Origin: an uncultured Alphaproteobacteria bacterium
Lineage (GTDB): Bacteria; Pseudomonadota; Alphaproteobacteria; RF32; CAG-239
Assembly (NCBI GenBank): GCA_944391495.1
Contig: CALXTU010000006.1
Location: forward strand, 5,174-69,173
Reading direction: 5' to 3'
DNA length: 64,000 bases
How positions within the stretch are numbered: the stretch's first letter is position 1; every line of letters begins with the position of its first letter. Position numbers and translations under genes: made by a program. Below, piece by piece: positions 27,469-37,146 of this stretch. The notes beneath the pieces are model-generated. The model had not been told where the DNA came from, did no database searches, and saw only the letters and a list, made by a program, of their open reading frames with translations.

Positions 27469-28571
27469 GCGCTTCTCCCAGTTTGTCTGCCAGCGCCGCG
27501 GACAAAAATAAATCTATGTCGCCGTCAAGCACCGCTTTGGTGTCGGAAGTTTCAACCTCCGTCCGCAGATCTTTAACCATTTTATACGGCTGTAAAACAT
27601 AAGAACGTATCTGATAGCCCCAGCCGTTGTCGCCCTGATTGTCGCGCTGTTCCATCGCTTTGGCTTCCCGTTTTTTGATCTCCATTTCATATAACCGCGC
27701 TTTGAGCATTTTCCAAGCTGTTTCGCGGTTTTGAAACTGGGAACGCTGATTTTGACACTGGACGACAATGCCGGTCGGAATATGGGTGATACGGACGGCG
27801 GAATCGGTTTTGTTAATATGCTGGCCGCCGGCGCCGGACGCCCGATAAGTGTCTACCCGGCAATCAGCCTCATTGATATTGATCTCAATATTGTCATCAA
27901 TAACCGGATAAACACCGACGGAAGCAAAGCTGGTGTGCCGGCGGGCGTTGCTGTCAAACGGCGAAATGCGTACCAGCCGGTGCACCCCGGTCTCGGACTT
28001 TAACCAGCCGTAAGCATTATGGCCGGAAATCTTTAACGTGGCCGATTTGATGCCGGCAACCTCACCTTCGGTTTCTTCTACATACTCAACTTTATAATTA
28101 TGCGCCTCAGCCCAGCGCGAATACATCCGCAAAAGCATTTCCGCCCAGTCCTGCGCCTCGGTGCCACCGGAACCGGAATGAACCTCCAAAAACGCATCAT
28201 TGGCATCGGCCTCCCCGGAGAGCAGCGCTTCCAGTTCGGCGTGTTTGACTTTGTTTTGCAAATCCGTCAGCTGCGCGGCTATTTCATCAAGACCGGCCTG
28301 ATCATCTTCGGCTTCCGTCAGCTCCGCCAATTCTTTGAGATCCGAACAGCTTTGGCTCATCTGACGAAAATTGTTGAGATTGAAGTCAAGCGTATTCCGC
28401 TCGCTCATCAGTTTTTGGGCTTTTTGCGGGTTATCCCAAAGCGCGGCGTCGGCCGTCAGACTCTCAAGCTCCGACAAACGCAAAACGGCGTTGTCGTAGT
28501 CAAAGAGACCTCCTCAGCAATTCCATTGATTGCTCTATTGACTGAAGCAGTTCATAAACATCGGCTCGCAT
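27461..28571 (-). CDS. prfB: peptide chain release factor 2, requires programmed +1 frameshift
   Basis: 'SPF' tripeptide ('RISPFDS') and GGQ motif ('[23 protein letters not shown]'). The first 23 codons ([23 protein letters not shown]) end at an in-frame TGA in 'CTT TGA C'. Reading +1 from 28501 joins the long ORF exactly in frame. Confidence 0.9.
28499..28514 (-). promoter_or_regulatory. RF2 autoregulatory +1 frameshift site
   Basis: The minus strand reads 'AGGAGG TCT CTT TGA C': an internal Shine-Dalgarno 3 nt upstream of the slippery CTT followed by TGA-C. This is the classical prfB recoding cassette. Confidence 0.85.
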
Positions 28572-28586
28572 TATATCTTTAATCTC

Positions 28587-31061
28587 CTAATATTCGGTTC
28601 CAAACTGTATTTCATCGTCCCCGGTATTCTCATACACAACTACCGGCGCAGCTTCCGTCTCCCCGTCTTCCGGCGTTTCTCCGGCCTCATCGCCGATAAT
28701 TTTCTGTTCAACGGGGCGTTTGGCCGCTTCGGGTTTCAGAGCCTCCCAGATAACGCTGTTGTCGGTCGGGGTGGCCGGTTTGCCCGTATCATGGTTGATG
28801 CGGACCAGTTTGATGCCGCTCGGAATACGGAACGGAACATCGGGCTGTCCTTCAAGCGCCTCTTTCATAAAATCATGGAAAATCGGCAATGCCGCCGCCG
28901 CACCGGTTTCATAGCGTCCGAGCGTCCGGGGTTCGTCAAAACCGACATAAACCGCGACGACAAGATCCGGTGAAAAACCGACAAACCATGCGTCTTTGGT
29001 GTTGTTGCTGGTACCGGTTTTGCCGGCCAGATGTTTGCCGATGGAACGCAGACGTCCGCCGGTGCCGTGCTGAACGACGCCCTCCAGAATACTGACCATT
29101 TGATAGGCACTCAACGGATCAACGATTTGTTCACGATTGTCCTGCAGCTGCGGAACTTCCTGATTTTCCCATTTTTCTACCGAACAATCGGTACAATCAC
29201 GGGTATCATGACGATAAATCGTCCGCCCCTGCCGGTCCTGGATACGCTCAATCAGATAAGGCGAAACTTTTTTGCCGCCGTTGACCATAATGCCATAAGC
29301 CGATGCCATATTGATAAGCTTGGTTTCTCCGGCACCGAGCGACATTGACAACAACTGCGGCAGATTATCGTTAACCCCCATTTTTTTGGCATATTCGGCA
29401 ACCTTGTCCATGCCGACGTCCTGCGCCAGACGAACAGTCATCAGGTTGCGGGATTTTTCAATTCCCTGACGCAGCGTCAACAGCCCGTAGAATTTTTTGG
29501 AATAGTTGGCAGGTTTCCAAACCGGCTGCCCGGCGCCCTGATCCAGCACAAACGGCGCATCAAGAATCAAATCCGTCGGTTCATAGCCGTTTTCGAGAGC
29601 CGCCAGATAAACAATCGGCTTAAAGGCCGAACCGGTCTGGCGTTTTGCCTGAGTGGCGCGGTTGTATTGGGATTTTTGGAAAGAGTAACCGCCGACCATT
29701 GCCAGAATTTTGCCGGTGTGCGGATCCATGGCCACCATTGCGCCCTCAACATTGGGAAGCTGCCGCAAATAATAACTCTCCGATGCCATTTTGCGTTTTT
29801 TGATATCCTCGGCCGCAATTTTCTCGACCAGAATAACATCGCCCGCCTTTAAGACTTCGGACACTTTTTGCGGCTGCCCGCCGACCGACTGATTGCGCAG
29901 GTTCTTTCTTGCCCAAGCCAAAACCATTAACGGAATCTCGCCGGCCGTACCGTCCTGCAATTCAATCTCGGCTTTGTCTTTTGTTGCTTCTTTGACAAAT
30001 GCCAGCTGCCAGGCATCTTTGGAGCCGCCCGGCTTTTTAATGGCCTTGAATGCATCCTGCCAGCCGTCTTCAAGCGGAATATTCTGCAATGCCCCGCGCC
30101 AGCCGTGGCGACGGTCGTAATCATCAAGCCCTTTGGCAAAGGCTCTGGTCGCAATTTCCTGCAGCCGGGGGTTGAGCGTGGTACGAATCAAAAGACCGCC
30201 CTCGTAAAGCGCATCTTCACCGAATTCTTTTCTGACCAGACGGCGGACATCTTCGCTGAAATACTGAGCGTCTTTAACCAGCTCGCCGCGACCGGAAACG
30301 GTTTCCAGCGGTTTGAGTTTGGCTGCCGCAGCCTCGTCTTCGGAAACATAACCGTCTTCAGCCATGCGGTCGATAACCCAGTTGCGACGGCCGACCGCCG
30401 CAGCATATTTGGTTTTGGGATTATAATTGTTGGGGCCTTTGGGCAGCGCTGCCAGATAAGCCGCCTCTTCAAGCGTCAGTTCATCAAGCGCTTTGCCGAA
30501 ATAGTTCATGGCCGCGGCGGCAACACCGTAAGAACGATTGCCCAGATAAATCTCGTTCAAATAAAGTTCAAGAATGTGTTCTTTGCTGAAAGCCTGCTCT
30601 ATTCTGATGGCCAGCAGCGCCTCTTTAATCTTGCGCTTATACGATAGCTCCGATGACAGCAGAAAATTTTTGGCAACCTGCTGCGTGATGGTGGAAGCCC
30701 CGGTCGGACGGCGGCCGGCACCGATATTTTTGATATTAGTGATAACGGCGCGGATAATACCAACCGGATCAATACCGAAATGGTGATAAAAAGTTTTGTC
30801 CTCGGCCGAAATAAAAGCCTGTTTGACCAGTTCCGGAATTTTGTCTTCGGGGACGAACAGCCTTTTTTCAAAAGCATATTCCATCATCACCTGCCCGTCG
30901 CCGGCATAAAGACGCGTGGTAACGGCCGGCTCATATTTGGCCAACTGCCGGTATTCCGGAAGCTCCTGAGATATCTGCCAAACCGACGTTATAACCAGAA
31001 CAAAGGCTATGACGGCAAAAAAGAAACAGGTGCTGATAAATGATGAAAGTGTTTTTAGCAT
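28587..31061 (-). CDS. mrcA: penicillin-binding protein 1A (bifunctional transglycosylase/transpeptidase)
   Basis: GT51 motifs 'ISAEDKTFYHHFGID' and 'GASTITQQVAKN'. Transpeptidase motifs 'SAFKP', 'SRN' and 'KTGTS'. Start placed at the ATG of 'MLKTLSS' (31061, GGAG RBS); the track start at 31124 is possible. Confidence 0.9.
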   Translation of the reverse strand: MLKTLSSFISTCFFFAVIAFVLVITSVWQISQELPEYRQLAKYEPAVTTRLYAGDGQVMMEYAFEKRLFVPEDKIPELVKQAFISAEDKTFYHHFGIDPVGIIRAVITNIKNIGAGRRPTGASTITQQVAKNFLLSSELSYKRKIKEALLAIRIEQAFSKEHILELYLNEIYLGNRSYGVAAAAMNYFGKALDELTLEEAAYLAALPKGPNNYNPKTKYAAAVGRRNWVIDRMAEDGYVSEDEAAAAKLKPLETVSGRGELVKDAQYFSEDVRRLVRKEFGEDALYEGGLLIRTTLNPRLQEIATRAFAKGLDDYDRRHGWRGALQNIPLEDGWQDAFKAIKKPGGSKDAWQLAFVKEATKDKAEIELQDGTAGEIPLMVLAWARKNLRNQSVGGQPQKVSEVLKAGDVILVEKIAAEDIKKRKMASESYYLRQLPNVEGAMVAMDPHTGKILAMVGGYSFQKSQYNRATQAKRQTGSAFKPIVYLAALENGYEPTDLILDAPFVLDQGAGQPVWKPANYSKKFYGLLTLRQGIEKSRNLMTVRLAQDVGMDKVAEYAKKMGVNDNLPQLLSMSLGAGETKLINMASAYGIMVNGGKKVSPYLIERIQDRQGRTIYRHDTRDCTDCSVEKWENQEVPQLQDNREQIVDPLSAYQMVSILEGVVQHGTGGRLRSIGKHLAGKTGTSNNTKDAWFVGFSPDLVVAVYVGFDEPRTLGRYETGAAAALPIFHDFMKEALEGQPDVPFRIPSGIKLVRINHDTGKPATPTDNSVIWEALKPEAAKRPVEQKIIGDEAGETPEDGETEAAPVVVYENTGDDEIQFGTEY

Positions 31062-31127
31062 TCTGACTCCGGCGGCATTGGTATATTTGACTATTCTTTT
31101 AGTCAAAAAATATTGTGCTGTCAAATA

Positions 31128-32357
31128 CTAATGCTTGGGATTCTGAAAATATTGATCAATTGCTTTAACCGCAGCCTCACCGAGTTTACGCCGATACGAC
31201 TTCTGGCGCAGCTGACGTTCTTCGGTCGGGTTGGAAAGATAGCCGAGTTCCAGCAAAACCGACGGAACATCAGGCGCTTTTAAGACGGCAAAGCCGGCAA
31301 AACGATGGGTGTTGCTGACGGTCTTTGCCACTTTTGACATCTGGCGGCTCAGCAGCGTGGCAAATTCGGCCGACGAATTGTTGGTCTCCCGCTGTGCCAG
31401 ATTTAACAGAATATCACTGACTTCTTTGGAATGTTCGGCAAAATTCAGGCCGGCGACGATATCCGCCTTGTTTTCTTTTTCAGCCAAAGCAGCAGCTTCT
31501 TTATCGGAAGCCGTTTCCGACAAGGTATAAACCGAGAGCCCGACGGCTTTGCGGTTGCGGGCGCTGTCGGCATGAACCGATATAAAGAGGTCGGCATCAT
31601 GACTGCGCGAAATTTTTACCCGCTCCCGCAACGGAATAAAGACATCGCGGCTACGTGTCAGATAAACAGTGTATTTACCTTTTTTATCCAGCATTTCTTT
31701 GAGTTCTTTAGCCATGGACAAAGTAATGTTTTTTTCGTAGGTACCGCTGTAACCGATGGCGCCGGGATCTACTCCGCCGTGTCCGGCGTCAATAACGATA
31801 ATTTTGCGTTTACCGCTTCGGGCGGCCGGTTTGGAGGCAACAACCGGATCATCGTTGCGGCTGACGTCGGCCGAATTATAATCATTGCTGGTTACGGCGT
31901 GAGAATTACCGATTTTGGCCATAAAATCACGCTCCGAAGCAGCCTCCAGATCAATGGCAAAGCGCCAGTTGAAATTGCTCTGCGGCGCCAGCATAAAAGC
32001 TTTTTTAATCAAAACCGGCTTTTGTAAATCAAACACTATGCGGACGCCGTTGACACCGGCAGAACCGACCCTGACGTTTTTGACAAAGATATTATCATCG
32101 CGATTGCTGCTGACACTCGGCGCAACATCGACGCCCTGGGTATCAATAACCAGCCGGTTGGGCGAACTTAAAGTAAACACTTTATAGTCAAATTTGGAAT
32201 CGGCATCAAAAACTATTCGGACACTGCCGATACCCTGGCCGATGCGCAGCCCGGTTATCCGACCGGCAAATGCATTGTCGCTCCAGACCATGCACAACGC
32301 CGTTATAACCGTTGCAGCGCAAAATTTATGTAAAACACGCCAAAATCCAGACATCAC
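31128..32357 (-). CDS. amiC: N-acetylmuramoyl-L-alanine amidase with N-terminal AMIN domain
   Basis: Signal peptide. AMIN-like 'VRIVFDADSKFDYKVFTLSSPNRLVIDT' appears twice. Amidase_3 motifs 'IIVIDAGHGGVDPGA' and 'SVHADS'. Confidence 0.85.
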   Translation of the reverse strand: MMSGFWRVLHKFCAATVITALCMVWSDNAFAGRITGLRIGQGIGSVRIVFDADSKFDYKVFTLSSPNRLVIDTQGVDVAPSVSSNRDDNIFVKNVRVGSAGVNGVRIVFDLQKPVLIKKAFMLAPQSNFNWRFAIDLEAASERDFMAKIGNSHAVTSNDYNSADVSRNDDPVVASKPAARSGKRKIIVIDAGHGGVDPGAIGYSGTYEKNITLSMAKELKEMLDKKGKYTVYLTRSRDVFIPLRERVKISRSHDADLFISVHADSARNRKAVGLSVYTLSETASDKEAAALAEKENKADIVAGLNFAEHSKEVSDILLNLAQRETNNSSAEFATLLSRQMSKVAKTVSNTHRFAGFAVLKAPDVPSVLLELGYLSNPTEERQLRQKSYRRKLGEAAVKAIDQYFQNPKH

Positions 32358-32857
32358 GTCCCTTTCTTCCTATCTTATTTTTCAGTATACGGCACACTTA
32401 TTTACAATCTCTTAAAAAATTTATCGGCAGGCCGGAAAAAAATCTTGTTGTGTTTTTAAATAAAGGTGTATATGCTGTTTTTGTCTTCCGGAGGTTTTTG
32501 TACCGGGACGGATTTCGCTGACAAACGAAACCTTTCATGAAATTGAAATCCGTTTTGGTACCGCTGCCTTTTCAAAATGATCTGGCGCCGCCGCGGAAGC
32601 AGACAAAAGAAATTTTGCCGAAGAATTGAAGAGATTTTTTGCGGGACCGTCTTTCAGCAATAATAAAAATTCAAACGGTTCTGCCACTGAAACCAAAACA
32701 AAGCGCGCACCGATCAGGGATAAGCCGCGTTTGTTGCAGATACAGCGGACAACCAGACGGCCGCAGTTTTGTTTTATATTTCTTTATATTCTCCGGCGCT
32801 GCGTAATATTTTAATCCGGCCGATAAAAAACGGCCGTGAAAGCGGAGATTTTTATTT
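32358..32857 (+). promoter_or_regulatory. long rne upstream/leader region (candidate autoregulatory 5' UTR)
   Basis: A 500-bp non-coding gap before rne, holding only short junk ORFs. RNase E genes are known to carry long structured leaders. No specific structure was verified here. Confidence 0.35.
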
Positions 32858-35308
32858 ATGACCAAGAGAATGCTTATTGATGCGACACAGCCCGAAGAAA
32901 CCCGGGTGGTGGTCGTTAACGGAAACAAACTGGAAGACGTTGAGTTTGAAAGCGCCAACCGCAAACAGATTAAGGGAAATATTTATCTCGGAAAAATCAT
33001 GCGGGTGGAACCGTCTTTGCAGGCCTGTTTTGTTGATTACGGCGGCAACCGCCACGGATTTATGGCTTTTGGCGAAATTCATACGGATTACTACAATATT
33101 TCGCCGGAAGAAATTGCCGAAGTCGAAAAAGAAGTTGATGAAATCATCGAGAACAAAAAACGCATCATTAAAGAGCGCGAAGCCGAACGGGAACGCCGGG
33201 CTTTGGAAAAAGCACGAGCCAGAGAAGAAGCCTTAAAAGCCCAGGCAGCCAAAGCCGCAGAGGAAGCGGCAGCTCAGGAAGCGGCAACCGTTGCCGAAGA
33301 AAAACAAGCGGCTGAAAAACCTGCGGAAAATGATGTTGTCGCCGAATCAACTGCCGTTGAAATTACCCAGGTCAGTGAGGAAGAATTTATTGCCGAAGAA
33401 GAAGCCAAGGCTGAAGAAGAAGGCGGCAAAAAAAGAACCAAACGCCGGGTATTAAAAAAGAAATACCGCAAACAGATTGCCGCTCAGGAAGCCAAAGAAG
33501 AAATCAAAGAGAAAGAAGCGGAAGTTAAAGTCTTAGCTGAAGATACCGGCCTGGAAGACGATGTCGTCCGTCAGGAAGCGGCAGAAGATGACGAAGCAGA
33601 AGAAATCGACGAGGCCGATGCGGCAGCCGAAAAGTTTGACGATACCGATGACGTTGACGATGATGATGCCGACGATGATGAAGGAAACCTTGATTTTGAG
33701 CTGCAAAGGAAACTGATTAAGGCGCGCAAATTATACCATCGGCATAAGATCCAGGATGTTATTCAGGAAGGACAAAGCGTTTTGGTTCAGGTGGTAAAGG
33801 AAGAACGCGGTAATAAAGGCGCAGCTCTGACAACTTATTTGTCGCTGGCCGGCAGATACTGCGTTTTGATGCCAAACCGCATTAAGAGCGGCGGTGTATC
33901 GCGTAAAATAACCAATGCCGCCGACCGCAACAGATTAAAAGGAATCGTCCGCGAACTGCCGCTTAACTCCGATATGTCGATTATTGTCCGGACAGCGGGT
34001 GAAGAAAAGACCAAAGCCGATATCGTCCGCGATTACAATTACCTGATCAGGGCTTGGAATCAAATCAGAATCGATGCTCTGAAAAACAAAGCCCCGAAAT
34101 TGATTCATGAAGAAGGAAATTTAATCAAACGCGCTTTGCGGGACATTTATACCAAAGATATCTCGGAAATCCTGGTTGCCGGCGACGAAGCTTTTAAATC
34201 GGCCAAAGACTTTTTCCGCATTTTATCACCGCACAGCCTGAAAAAGATTAAGAGTTATCATAACAGTGATATCCCCATGTTTCAGCGTTTTCAGGTTGAA
34301 GGGCAGCTTGATAAACTGCACGATACCAATGCTCAGCTCGAATCCGGCGGCTATCTGGTTATCAACCCGACCGAAGCTCTGGTTTCCATTGATGTTAACT
34401 CCGGCCGTGCCACCAAAGAAAAAGACTTGGAAGAAACAGCCCTGAAGACCAATCTGGAAGCCTGCGACGAAATTGCCCGCCAGCTCAGGCTGCGTAACCT
34501 GGCCGGTCTGGTTGTCATTGATTTTATTGATATGGACGAACCGGCCAATAATCATGCGGTTGAAAAGCGAATGAAAGAGGCTTTGAAAAAAGATCGCTCG
34601 CGTATTCAAATCGGTAAAATGAGCATGTTCGGCCTGCTGGAATTGTCCCGGCAGCGGATGCATTCGGCTTTTTGGGAAAGCAATTACCAGACCTGCCCCT
34701 ATTGCCACGGCAAAGGAATTACACGGACGGTGGAATCCGCCGGCGCCTGCATTCTGCGTTCAATTGAGGAAGAAGGCATTAAAAACCGGTCGGCCAAAAT
34801 AAACGTCAGCGTGCCTGCCGATGTTGCTATTTATCTTCTGAACCATAAACGCAGGACCTTAACCGAACTGGAACAAAAATACCGGCTTGAGATTATCGTC
34901 AGTGCCGACAATACCATTAAATGCCCGTCTGACTTTAAGATTGAGCGCACCAAAGCGGTTATCAAAGAAGACAAAGCACCGGTAATTCCGGCCGCAACCG
35001 CGGAAACCGAAACCGACAACACGGAACAAGGCGAAGAGACTTCGGCGCAGACAACCGATACGGCTGTTCAGGATAATGCCGCCTCCTCCAGACAACGGCG
35101 GGGGCGCCGCGGTCGTTTTGACCGCCGCAGAGGCCGCGGAAATGCCGGACGTCCGACAGCGGAAAACACGGTGCCCAAAGAACATCAGGAAGCCGTTATC
35201 CTCTATAACAGCCATGAAGACATTACCCCGCCTCCGGCAACGGCAGCGGAAGCCGAACCGGAAAAGAAAGGAAAAGCAGCCTGGTGGAAAAAGCTTATCA
35301 AAGGTTAG
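32858..35308 (+). CDS. rne: ribonuclease E
   Basis: 'MLIDATQPEETRVVVVNGNKLEDVEFE...IKGNIYLGKIMRVEPSLQACFVDYG' S1 domain. The catalytic core runs through 'CPYCHGKG' (Zn-link). It has acidic and Arg-rich low-complexity segments. Confidence 0.95.
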   Translation: MTKRMLIDATQPEETRVVVVNGNKLEDVEFESANRKQIKGNIYLGKIMRVEPSLQACFVDYGGNRHGFMAFGEIHTDYYNISPEEIAEVEKEVDEIIENKKRIIKEREAERERRALEKARAREEALKAQAAKAAEEAAAQEAATVAEEKQAAEKPAENDVVAESTAVEITQVSEEEFIAEEEAKAEEEGGKKRTKRRVLKKKYRKQIAAQEAKEEIKEKEAEVKVLAEDTGLEDDVVRQEAAEDDEAEEIDEADAAAEKFDDTDDVDDDDADDDEGNLDFELQRKLIKARKLYHRHKIQDVIQEGQSVLVQVVKEERGNKGAALTTYLSLAGRYCVLMPNRIKSGGVSRKITNAADRNRLKGIVRELPLNSDMSIIVRTAGEEKTKADIVRDYNYLIRAWNQIRIDALKNKAPKLIHEEGNLIKRALRDIYTKDISEILVAGDEAFKSAKDFFRILSPHSLKKIKSYHNSDIPMFQRFQVEGQLDKLHDTNAQLESGGYLVINPTEALVSIDVNSGRATKEKDLEETALKTNLEACDEIARQLRLRNLAGLVVIDFIDMDEPANNHAVEKRMKEALKKDRSRIQIGKMSMFGLLELSRQRMHSAFWESNYQTCPYCHGKGITRTVESAGACILRSIEEEGIKNRSAKINVSVPADVAIYLLNHKRRTLTELEQKYRLEIIVSADNTIKCPSDFKIERTKAVIKEDKAPVIPAATAETETDNTEQGEETSAQTTDTAVQDNAASSRQRRGRRGRFDRRRGRGNAGRPTAENTVPKEHQEAVILYNSHEDITPPPATAAEAEPEKKGKAAWWKKLIKG

Positions 35309-36654
35309 TGTCTTTCGGCAAACGTTTACTGCGAACTTCGGCGGCAGCTTTTCTGCTGCTGCCGTTTTTTTGTGTTTGTGATGCCCGGTCGGAAAGCATA
35401 CGGCTGATATCCGACGAAGAAACCGAACAGTTTTTGAGCCGGATTATTGAGCCTTTGTTTAAGGCGGCCAACATCAAATTTAACCGCTATAATGTTTTTA
35501 TCGTTGAGGATAATTCACTTAACGCCTTTGTGGCCGACGGCAACCGGCTGTTTGTTCATACGGGCACCCTCATCCGTGCCGATAACGCCAACGAACTGGC
35601 CGGCGTTATTGCTCACGAAACCGGGCATATCATGGGCGGTCATATCCTCCGGCAAAAATTAAAATTACAAGATATGCGTCAGGTTTCTCTGGTTTCTGCC
35701 GTATTGGCCGGGGCTTCGGCGGCTTTGAGCGGCCGCGGCGACGTGGCCATGGCGGTTATGCTCGGCAGCCAAAGCTCGGCGCTCAATCACTATACCGGTT
35801 ACCGCACCAGCGAAGAGCGTTCGGCCGACGAGGCTGCCCTGACTTTGCTGTCGGCAACCCAGCAGTCACCGGCAGGAATACTTAATTTTATGAAGAAAAT
35901 TTCCCAAGACAATATGCTCAACGGCCGGGAAGAAACGCCTTATTTTCGCACCCATCCGGTAACAACGGAACGTATTGCTTTTTTTGAAAAAGCCGTTTCG
36001 CAGACATCTTATCCGGAAACGTCGCCTGACGACAAAGAATTTTTGCGCGTCAAGGCCAAACTGAAGGCTTATTTGCAACCGCCGGAACAAACCCTGCGGG
36101 AATACCCGACATCACGCAACGATACGCCGGCACGATATGCCCGTGTCATTGTCTTTTTGAAGCAATTAAAATTTGCCGCGGCATTGCAGATACTTGACAA
36201 ACTCAATCAAAAAGAACCCGCCAACCCATTCTTTTATGAACTTAAGGGGCAAGTTTTGCTGGAAACCGGAAAAATTAAAGCTGCCAAAGAAAGCTTTGCC
36301 GAAGCTTTGAGGCTTTTGCCCCACTCACGACTGATGCAAATCAATTATGCGCAGGCTGTTCTGGAGGATGAACCGACATCGGCGGAAGCCAAAGAAGCCG
36401 CGGCAATTTTGAATCGGGCCCTGCGACAGGCGCCCAGCGGTTTTGCCTGGATGCTTTTGTCTAAAGCTTATGGTATAACCGGCGAGATGGCGGCGGCCAA
36501 TTATGCCGCGGCAGAATATTCATTGAGCATAGGCGCTCTGCCAACGGCAAAAAAACAGCTTGAACAGGCGCTGAAATATCCGGCTTCGGCACAACTGAAA
36601 CTAAAAATCGACGACTTAAAACAACGCATTAAATTTTTGGAAAAAAAGGCATAA
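35284..36654 (+). CDS. M48-family metalloprotease with C-terminal TPR domain (BepA/YfgC-like)
   Basis: 'AHETGHIMGGH' HExxH motif and a TPR-like C-terminus. The start is uncertain: GTG at 35284, or GTG at 35308 overlapping the rne stop. The latter gives a cleaner signal peptide. Confidence 0.8.
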   Translation: MEKAYQRLVSFGKRLLRTSAAAFLLLPFFCVCDARSESIRLISDEETEQFLSRIIEPLFKAANIKFNRYNVFIVEDNSLNAFVADGNRLFVHTGTLIRADNANELAGVIAHETGHIMGGHILRQKLKLQDMRQVSLVSAVLAGASAALSGRGDVAMAVMLGSQSSALNHYTGYRTSEERSADEAALTLLSATQQSPAGILNFMKKISQDNMLNGREETPYFRTHPVTTERIAFFEKAVSQTSYPETSPDDKEFLRVKAKLKAYLQPPEQTLREYPTSRNDTPARYARVIVFLKQLKFAAALQILDKLNQKEPANPFFYELKGQVLLETGKIKAAKESFAEALRLLPHSRLMQINYAQAVLEDEPTSAEAKEAAAILNRALRQAPSGFAWMLLSKAYGITGEMAAANYAAAEYSLSIGALPTAKKQLEQALKYPASAQLKLKIDDLKQRIKFLEKKA

Positions 36655-36693
36655 CGCCACCGGCAACCACCAAACAAATTTATGTTAAGCCGA

Positions 36694-37146
36694 TCAGGCT
36701 TTTTGTTGCCAACGGCCGGTTTCATCCTGCTGCCAGTAAAAACATTCCTGACCGGAAGCTTTGATTTGCTTCCAAAATTCCCGCGTCTGCTGTAGGCTTT
36801 CATCGCTGCCGCCGTCAAACAAATTAAACACGCGGTCAAACCGCGACAGTTCATCAATATCCGCCCGGGCACCATCAACCAAAAAAAGCATTTGCGCGCC
36901 GTTGGGATTGTCATTACCGGAGGTCAGCCATATCGGCTGCAGCTCGGCATTGCCGTCTTTTTTGGAACCGTGCGGCAAAAAGGACTGATCATCATAGGTC
37001 CATAACGCTGTATTTAAAAACTCAACCCGCGCTTCGGTGCCTACCCTGACCAAAACGGGTTTACCGGAGGCATAAGCTTTTTCCAAAAGCTTGGGCAGGG
37101 CCTGCTCGACCGAACTCCTCTGCAAATGGTAAAAATCAATTCGCGC
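36694..37146 (-). CDS. holC: DNA polymerase III chi subunit
   Basis: 'ARIDFYHLQRSSVEQALPKLLEKAY' and 'LWTYDDQSFLPHG' are typical of HolC. Start placed at the ATG of 'MARIDF'. Confidence 0.75.
   Translation of the reverse strand, partial: ARIDFYHLQRSSVEQALPKLLEKAYASGKPVLVRVGTEARVEFLNTALWTYDDQSFLPHGSKKDGNAELQPIWLTSGNDNPNGAQMLFLVDGARADIDELSRFDRVFNLFDGGSDESLQQTREFWKQIKASGQECFYWQQDETGRWQQKA

Noticed and set aside
28100-28582. A 160-aa plus-strand ORF spanning the prfB 5' region.
   Set aside because: It is antisense to prfB and covers the frameshift cassette. The prfB reading, with its conserved recoding site, explains the region fully.
33230-33700. Highly acidic/Ala/Lys-rich repetitive stretch. 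Is it a separate repeat feature or an insertion?
   Set aside because: It is in frame within rne and corresponds to the variable low-complexity insert commonly seen in RNase E between the S1/catalytic segments. It is not an independent element.
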